Assembly (NCBI RefSeq): GCF_009914755.1
Contig: NC_060934.1
Strand: one strand, 5' to 3'
DNA from: the human T2T-CHM13v2.0 reference genome, Homo sapiens
Length of the DNA: 64,000 bases
Shown here: piece by piece, positions 55,415 to 64,000 of the stretch
Numbering within the stretch: the stretch's first letter is position 1
Layout of the letters: each line of letters begins with the position of its first letter
Made by a program: the position numbers and the translations under genes
Notes under the pieces: generated by a model
What the model was told of the DNA's origin: nothing
The model's input: only the letters and a program-made list of their open reading frames with translations
The model's database searches: none

Positions 55415-56333
55415 CCCAGGCATTTGTAATAACCGCGTAAGTGGGAGTCTTCATTTTTCTCCAGAACAAGTAGCCCCTTTCTGAAATTCATCATAAAGCT
55501 AAAAAATAAATAAGAATTGTTTTATTTCAGTGAGGCTGTAGTGCATTTTTTTAATGTGTCTGCTGTGTATATCACAGTGTGCCTGGGATATCTGAAAAAG
55601 TTTGAAGTTGCCCCGGTCACAGAATCTAGGGTCCTGATTGAAAATGAGCAGAGGGTTGAGGAAATAGACTCACTGAAATTGCGTATTCAGGTCTATGAAA
55701 GACAGAGAACTACATCAGGGGTGTCACAGCAACCCAGGGGCTCCTCTTCTAAGTTTCTTAAATCCCCAGGAAAGGGTTTTCTTCTAAGACGTGGTTAGAA
55801 GGAAATGAACTACTAATCTTGAGAAATGAAAAGTCAAGTTCGGAGAATGGCCTGACAATTCGCGCTATCAGAGAGTGCATGTTTTCTCTAACTCCCATTT
55901 TCTACTTTATCCATAATTTATATGATGTGTGACACATAACTTGAAGCTAATGCGTGGTGGGGCCACCGCAGAGGGACAGAAAACAGTTGATGTGGAAGCC
56001 ATGCCTGACTGTCACAGACGGGGATGGGGGGCCAGGGTCTCAGCTCCTGGAGGGGGCGAGGGAGCCCATTGTCCTGGGATCCCCAGGGTTCACCCAGCAT
56101 GCATCGGGTCTCAGGAACCTGCGTTGCTGATGGATATGTGAATGAGGGGATGAACAGGCGTGGAAGAAGGGGGAGTAGGGAGAAGACAGTTGTATCTTTG
56201 CATTCTTCACAGAGCCTGGGGCAGCACTTAGCACAAACAGGGCTGGCTACTTAAAACCCGGGGTCACTCGTTCAAAAGGCAGGAAAAAAAGCTTTTTCCT
56301 TTCTTCGTGTTCTCTCTCTGGATCTTTCATAGT

Positions 56334-56367
56334 GGTGTGTGTGTGTGTGTGTGCGTGTGTGTGTGTG
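56334..56367. repeat. (GT)n microsatellite
   Basis: Directly visible. Confidence 0.9.
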
Positions 56368-56569
56368 ACCTTCTATTTAATGTCACATTCCCCCAGGCAC
56401 TAGGATACTCTCACTGCCTTCAACTGGGCAGGTAGAAGGCATCCATCCAGCCCCCATCCTCCCTGTTGAGGAGTTGGGGGAGTCTCAGTTGCTGGTCGGG
56501 GCAGGAAGTGGACAGTCAAGAACCCAGCGGGATGGAGCAGAAGGTGGGCCAGGTGTGAGTTGAGGGGTC

Positions 56570-56751
56570 ATACCCCGGCACATGTCCCATTGCCCCACCA
56601 GAGTTCCCTCACAAAACACAAGTTCAGAGATAAAATTCTTATGACATATGAAGGTAGCAGTTACAGAGCATTAAACCCCAAGCATGAGGGGCTCTCTTCT
56701 GAGTGAGGGCCTGAGCACTGCTCTGCTCTCGTGTTCCCGAAGCCCACCCTG
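56570..56751 (-). mobile_element. MER45-like (hAT-Tip100) element
   Basis: CAGAGCATTAAACCCCAAGCATGAGGGGCTCTCTTCTGAG...GAAGCCCACCCTG resembles the reverse complement of the MER45 terminus. Confidence 0.65.
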
Positions 56752-58387
56752 AGTACGAGAAGTGAGGGTCAGAGCCCTGCAGGGTCCTGCCCATGGTGAC
56801 TGGCGAAGGACTTTCTTTTCCGGGGGAGCACAGCCAGAGCTCTCTTCTCTGATTCCATCATTAGTTTCTGGAAAGGCCTTCCCTGCCCACTCTATCTGAT
56901 GTTACCTATCCAACTTCCAGCCCCAAGTTACTTTCTGTACCCCCGTTTTACTTTATATTGTCATTAAAGCACTTACCAGTATTTGGAACTGTGGTATTTA
57001 CCCATTCTCTCACCCGCAAGAACGCAGGCCCCATAGGATAGGGATCCCATCCCTCTGTCCCCTTGCACAAGTGCTGGCATGAGAGAGGCACCCAGTGAAT
57101 TTTAGGTGCATGAATGAATAGTCTTTACGTGACTTTGTATCCTTTTAGGAGCAAGCTGGATATAAATAAATACATGAAGTCAACTAACACCTCCAAGTGG
57201 CTCAGTCAATTTTCAGTGATTTTTCTCTGTCCAACACCAGACTGGCTTCAGTGATTTCTTTCACTGATGTGGCCACATTTGTTTTGTTTTATTTTGTGGC
57301 CATGCAGCCCGATGTCGCAGGGGCTGTTGGTCCTCCTGACTCCCTGCTGGAACGTAAGGGAGAGCCTCATTCCAGGTCTGCACTGGCCCCAAACTGGGCC
57401 AAGACTGCACATTTCAGTTCACTTTGGGTTTCTGATAGCAGTTCTCTCCCCAGCCCCCATCCCTAGGATTCCTAAGAGCTAAGGGATGTACCCACCAATC
57501 CAAGCCACCTACTAGCATTGAACTTCTGTGTCTTGAAAAGGGATTTTGTTTTGAACCAGTCACTGGGAGATGCGTTCTAAGGTGAGGGCTTCCGGGTCAA
57601 TAAACCTGTAGGTGTCGCCCACCAAAAAAAGTAAATCTGACCTCAGCCCAGTCCCATGGTGGTGCCTATTCCATCAGGGCAGAGAGTCAGCAGCTGGCAA
57701 GAGAGGCTCAACCCCCACCACTCCTGAGAGCCAGGAGGCCCTGGCATTCAAACTCAGGCTTCACAGATCCACACATCTTTGTTCTCAGAGAGGAGAACCC
57801 AAAGTGTGTCTCCCAGTGAGTTCTGAGGATGAGGGAATTATGAAAGGCACCGTGTCCACTTGTGAGATAAACCGACCCACCTGGTTCCTCATAGTGGGAG
57901 GTGGCTCAAGTGTCAAGTGGCCCATGCTACCTGGTCTTCTTGGTTTTCTTCCATCCGCGTCCCTGGAGATGGTTATGTGCTTTGCTTCTTACTAAATGTA
58001 TCCAGAAGCCAAGGCAAGCTAGGAGGAGGAGTGGGATCTGGATCTGCAGATCCAGAATAGCACCGCAAAATTACCCAGCTGGGGCTTAGCTGACTGTCCA
58101 GACCCTGACGGTGGGGTTTAGAATTGGATAGCATCCAAGCCTTTCTGTGATTTCATCAGCACCATCATGCAATAGGTTGTTTAAACACCGATATGAAAAC
58201 CTGTTTTCCAACGATGCTGCAACATTTGATTAATTCTTCTGGATGGGATATCAAGGTGGCTAAAGCAAGCATTGCTTGCAGTTATGATGAATTTGCTGAG
58301 TGTCAGAGGAAAATTGTCAGGCCACAAACTAATCATTCTTAGGTGCCTCATTTAGCATTCTGTCCATGTTTATACCAACTCTACACG

Positions 58388-58426
<39 letters not shown>

Positions 58427-58428
58427 GC
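58388..58428. repeat. (CA)n microsatellite
   Basis: Directly visible. Confidence 0.95.
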
Positions 58429-61400
58429 AAAGTATTGGAGACCACCTTGAACTAAATGGATTTGACCTCTATTTGTAAAGGGTGCATTAGCGTGAAATGG
58501 AGGGGGGCTTTCTTTGAGGGTTCAGCAAGCCATCTAGCCTACATGCTGCTGTCTTAGATGCCAGCCTTGGTCTTAAAGAGCCTGGTTTCTAAGGGAAAAT
58601 TCATTTCATGGACATCTTGTTGCCAGGAATCAGTGTGATTCACTTTTCATTTCAGGATGATGTTGAGTCCTCTGTGTTATTCCCAGTGTGGACGTGGAGT
58701 AGTGACTGATGTCTAATTATTTGGAAGGGAGAGAGCTTCTCTAAGAAGGACATGCAATGTCAGAAGCTTCCGTTGCTTGGCAACACGTAACTTTACCTAT
58801 GTTTCACCAAAGGCAGTTTAAAGGGCTAAAGATGCCCATTCAGGCAATAGTAGATTACAAGGAAGATCTCGAAAGCTGGCCCGTCAAAATCGCTTTCCAC
58901 CATAGAAATAAACACCTAAGAGAGGGTTTGGGACGTGAGTGGTTGCGTGTTGCACACCAGCAAACAGGGTGAGAAAGAAGGCAGTGGTGCCATTTTTCCA
59001 GAATCATACTGTGTACATGCCCTGTTAAAGTTGATTCAAATTGCTCATTCCTTACAGTAAAACCTCCAACCTGAGACTCCCCTTCAGAATGTATGCCCCT
59101 GCAGCTTCCCCAGTTTTTATGACTGTGGCACCTCACTGGAACCCATGCCAGCCCCTTCCCATCCAGCTAGTATGCCTCCCGGCATTCGGCTTCAGCCTCC
59201 AGCCTTGTTTCATGTCAGCAGCTGAGCTCATGAAAACTCTTCTTTCCAATGAAGGAGGAGGCTGAGAGGTGCACCAATGGCTGGATCCAGGCACACGCAG
59301 GCTCCGAGTTCACAGAAGCAGGGCCATCATGTCCCGGCTGTTGGGAGTTCCTGTGAATGTTGCAACTCTCATTTCTTTTTGAAGTGGGTGTGTAAGAAGC
59401 ATGTCTGTTCATTGTGGCAGCCTGAGTTTTGGAGGCCCCACAACATTCTTTCCTATGTGGAAAGAGTTTTCTTTTTAATTCAGAAACAACAAACCTTCTC
59501 AGCCTCAAACCAGGCCAATCTTACAGTGTCATGGCAAAACAAAGAAAGAAAGAAAAAGAAGAAATTAAAACATGCAAAGCAAAAAACAAATAGAAAAAAA
59601 AAGAACACAGTGCAACAGTCAAAATCAGGTTAACTTAATGAATTTGGGCCGAACTTAGATTTAACATTTCCTTGAAGTTTGGCTCCCATAAATCACCTGT
59701 CTTTTTCAAACAGCAGCCTCTGAAGTACAATCCAGATTATTTCTCCCCTTTTGATCAATGCTTTTCCCGGGAATCAAACCCAGCTCTTAAGAGCATTTAT
59801 AATGAAAGCTAAAGACAGCTGACCACTAACTGGCCCTGAACACCCAGGTAAACTCTGAGTTTGCCCACAAGGAAAAGTTATGGCGTCCACATGCTCCAAA
59901 GGGGACTCCATGTTCAAGGTAATCTCCCAAGTCCCTCTGCTGCTGCTGGCTGTGAGGCATCAACATCCTCCCCCAACCTGGACTCAGGGGCTGCAGCCTC
60001 AGAGGACCAGCGTCGTGGAGTTCAAGTTCAGTTCAGCACTTGAATAGTACATCCTTCAGGAAGCCAGGGCACTGAAGACTGAAAAGCAGAATCCTAACAT
60101 TCATGTATATTTTAAAGCCAGAGTTCACAAATCGGAGACCTTAGGAATTAATATAAGTACATGTACATGTATTTGTGGCTATGTGTACTAGTTACAAATA
60201 AGAGACAAGAAAGGAGATATACAAATAGGAGAACAAAGCATATTCAAAAATGAATATGGCAAAAGTTCAAATGAATGTGAACTAACAACAAAAAAATATA
60301 GTTTCTCATTTCTAGGCATATTACTTCTGCTTTTTCAAAACCATTTCTCAAGTTATTGATAATAATACGAATTCTGTCCTTAAATTGCTCAGTGAAGGAG
60401 AGTAAATTAATGTATTTTAAGATGATCTTTCTGTTTTGAAGTCCTGCTGCTTCCGTCACATTTACACCAGCAGACACGGACACTTCCATCTGTCCCCATT
60501 CGTCATCACTGTGAGATGAAGCTAAGAGTTCGATTCACTAAGTTTTATATAGCCAGTACCATGTGAAACACAGGATTTGATTTAAGTGTGTGGTGTGACT
60601 GCAATGGGAAGCAGTCGAACACACAGCAGCAATACTGCACCATCACCATGACAACCAGTGGAAATAATGGCCCCCTTTGGGAATAAAAGAGATCTCAAAT
60701 CCTGTTGCAGTCAGTAGCGCTGGCTGTCTGCAGTAGAGATGGTTTTCAATGATTGTTTCAGAAATTCCTTATCAACAGAAAATGAACGAGACGGGGAGTT
60801 TTCAGAAAATAAATGGATTTGCAGACAACTTAACGTCATCATCGAAGTCACCAAAGAAAGCAAAGCAGCGACTGGGGAAGCTGAGGCTGAAGTAGCAAGG
60901 GCATGCCACCCAGGCTGCTATTCCAGTCGCTGTGAAAGCCTGGTCACTGTCTTTGCCACGCAGAACACATCTCTGGGAATGCTGTCGATCTATGCCTCCA
61001 TCTTTTAAAGGCTTTCCATTTCTGTCTGGATTTTTTCTTTATGGGAGGCAGAAATAATAGTGAATTGAATGAAATGGAGTATATAAGTGTCTAGCACAGT
61101 CCTTGGCACATAGAAAGTGCTCTGTAAACAGTACTTCGCATCAAATTCTTGGGATGAATGAAAGTGAGTGCCTGGCGCTGCACATAAGAAAAGACGTGGC
61201 AGCAAACCATCCTCCCGACATGACGTGCTGCGTTGGTGCGTTTACGTCCCTGTTCCTTCTGAAAGACTCAAAATTGTGTTGGAGCTACTGGTGCACCTTT
61301 GTAAGACCTGCACTAACGACCGCGCCACTGGGAAGGGCACTTCTTTATGAAGTCGCCGTATTCCCAGGGAGACTGGTCAACCCATACAATGTGAAAAAAA

Positions 61401-61634
61401 AAGAAGCTATGTGAAAAAATATTCCCCTTTGTCATAGAGAAGGAGAACTTGGTGAGGCTGGGCAGCTGCAGGAGCCTCAGTTTTTCAGATAACAGAACAG
61501 AGTAGACCTTGAGGGTCCATTTCCCTTTTTGTTTTAGGAAGTGCTGTAGAAGGGGGCAAAGAGATCTTTGATATGAGAAGGTATTTCTTCAAAGCAGCAT
61601 CGTGCCTGAAATAGCATTGTTCTTTACGCTGAGA

Positions 61635-61808
61635 GAGGAGGAAATGGGAATTTGGTGTTCAACGGGTTTAAAGTTTCAGTTACAAGAAATGGACAAGTCC
61701 GAGAGCTCTGCTGTGCCACATCATGCCTAAAGTCACCGAGACTGTGTTGTACACTTTTTTGTTAAAAGGTAAATCTCATGTTAAATGTTGTTACTACAAT
61801 TAAAAAGA
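61635..61808 (+). mobile_element. Old L1M 3' end fragment
   Basis: GGAAATGGGAATTTGGTGTTCAACGGGTTTAAAGTTTCAGTT...TTGTACACT...TACAATTAAAAA. Confidence 0.7.
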
Positions 61809-62149
61809 AGCCCTAGGCTGTGTTTGCAGAAAGGCACTAACCATACATGTGCTCAAGAGCCCTTTTGTGTTTTCTTCACTTCATGTTGTAGTTCAATTTA
61901 GTTTTGCTTTGCAAGGATCCTCGGAAAGTGTATCATCAGCAATGACTTTTATTTTAGAACTAAATGTGAACCACGGGGGGAATCATGATCGACATTGCTC
62001 GTTGTCCTTTCTTCCTCCCTGTGGGCTGTGAATCCAACTCGTCCTGGGAGCAGGGCGCTCTCGCCTTCTGTTCCTCTCCGAGCTCAGTGCACAGAAGCAT
62101 TCTGCTTACCCAGCTGGGACTGCTGACTGCACCATCGAGCACGCAGGTT

Positions 62150-62527
62150 GCACTGTTCTCAGCAGCTACACTGGATTATATGCCGCCTTTCTTACTGACT
62201 GATTATGAACTTAAAACAAATTCACTCTGCTGCTGTGAATTATACATTTATTTTTAAGCATTTATTTCAACTCGAGATGAGCGGTCTCTCCTGTAAATTT
62301 CTCCCTGCTGGATCTTTGCTCTGGTTTCTGGTGACATAGTGTGAGTGCCGGCAGCCGCGAGCCTCAGAAGGAAAATTACAAAGGGAATACTCAGTAAATG
62401 ATGTATTGCCTTTCGCATCAGTAGCCTGCTTGGAAATGTTCAAATTATCAGCCCAGGAGACTCCAGTGCTGTGGACATGGGTCTGAACGAATTGATCACC
62501 TAGGGGCTACTGAGAACGCGGTGCTCT
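62150..62527 (+). other. Candidate alternative non-coding first exon
   Basis: Unique, CpG-retaining stretch (~61970-62570) ending in donor TCT|GTAAGT at 62528; 5' end not determinable. Confidence 0.45.
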
Positions 62528-64000
62528 GTAAGTATCCATGGATGCACAGCGCAGACGCGGAAAGGGATCCCCAGAATGTTCCTTCTGTTGCTGGTTTAGA
62601 TTGTGAGGAAAAAATGCATTTTCCATGAGTCTTTAACTTAGTATTAAATGTTGTTACTGGTTGATAATTTAGGAATGTCACAGCAGTTCTATTCCTTGTC
62701 AACTCTGCTTGAGCCTCTCTCCCGGTTTCTAAAATGTAACATCCATTAGTTGGTGGGGTAACAGTTTGGTTCAAATGATTTTCTGCCTGTTTTATGTCTT
62801 CATTAAATTGATACTTAACGTATAAGTAATCCCTCTTTCACCTAAAATAAAAGAGCTAAATTTTCTTTAAGCAAACAGAACACCCTTAGAATTTTGGACC
62901 CGCACCCTTCAACTAACATGAAAATGTTAGATTCATTTTGGGAAATATTTTATATGGAAGCTGACTAACCAATGATTTGAAATGTCACAACACAAAATTG
63001 GAGGGGAGATTTTCTCTAGCTGCGTTTCTTTTCTCTCTCTCTCTTTTTTTAGAAGCATACTGCTTATAGTTTAAGACCATATCCTAGTGAATGAATAGCC
63101 CAAGTTCTCAGAGACTGTATATTTGATAAATGCTCAAATTGTTTTTAAATTGCTAATGCTCCCATGTGGGTAAGCTCAGATATATTATAGCTCACCTATG
63201 AATTGGTTTTGATACTTATGATGAGAACAGACTTCCTGCTGAGAATAAATATTAGATTTCATTCTATGTGGTACTTCGTTTAAATCAGTTTATCCCTGAA
63301 CCTTGGTTTCTTTCCTACAAAGTGAAGGAGGCCCTACAAGCTCTTGCACTGCACTCAGAGGAAGAGTCGTCCCTGGCACTGTAAGAATTCCACCAAGCCT
63401 CACTCACTTGGGCAACTGCCCAGAAGGGCTCAGCAGTGTTCAGACACCTCATGTCTCAGTAGGTGACCGTGCCCTTGGACAGGAAGCTACCACTCCAGGG
63501 CCGTGCTCTCTCCATTCAGAGTCATGGATAGTAGGAGAGTCTTTATAAATCTGAACTCTGCATGTACCATCATGAGTGGCTACAGTTCACTCTCAACATT
63601 TGCTGTATTTTGTTCACACTAAGAGAGAATATTTGGCTATTTCATATTAGAGAAACTAGGCTAAAACAACTAATCACGTTTTACCTGTAATGTGAAAGGG
63701 CTTCCATTACCTTCTAATCAACTTATGTTCCATCCCAGTTACTCTGTGTGCAGAGAGATCTGAGTGTGTGTGTGTGTGCATGTGTGTGTGTGTACTATGT
63801 GTGGGACATCACATGGAAACCAGGGAAGGAATGCATTTATAGAAGTGGGAAGTTCTCAGGAAGTCTTCAGCTTTGGATCTGCTTTCACACTGAGCACTTG
63901 GTGTCAGTGTGCTGGAGAAAGGCTGATAGTAAGTAAAGTGTAGGCACGGCTAGGGCGCCGGAACTTTCCTTGCATAGTATTTTATCCCAGTCACGCACTG

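Noticed and set aside
58655-58715. C/D-box snoRNA-like or exon-like segment (TTTCAG|GATGATGT...CTGA)
   Set aside because: The C box is imperfect (TGATGT) and there is no convincing terminal stem; the acceptor has only a weak downstream donor, so evidence is insufficient.

Overview
Primate (very probably human) genomic DNA, repeat-rich and apparently entirely intronic/5'-UTR. No intact protein-coding gene is supported: almost all listed ORFs are Alu, simple-repeat or chance ORFs. A 23-nt micro-exon with textbook splice signals (44840-44862, +) matches, from memory, the 5'-UTR of PTPRE (receptor tyrosine phosphatase epsilon) just upstream of ...GTCCACCATG. This suggests the window lies in the 5' introns of PTPRE (not verified by search). 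Several candidate alternative first or cassette exons flank it (~27.5, 45.4, 49.9 and 62.5 kb). The main accessory element is a near full-length, decayed ERV-L provirus (11309-19031, +; MLT2B-type LTRs, Leu PBS, gag-pro-RT-RNaseH-IN-dUTPase, no env). It is inserted in an old L1 and itself carries an AluY, a solo LTR inserted exactly at the RT YIDD motif, and a MaLR LTR. There are also about 18 Alu-family copies, two THE1 LTRs, L1/L2/MIR/MER fragments, a 60-bp minisatellite, a decayed 20-bp array and several locally templated duplications or inversions. I found no convincing evidence of a new biological system; the findings are locus-specific observations. Subfamily names and most old-repeat boundaries are by eye and approximate.
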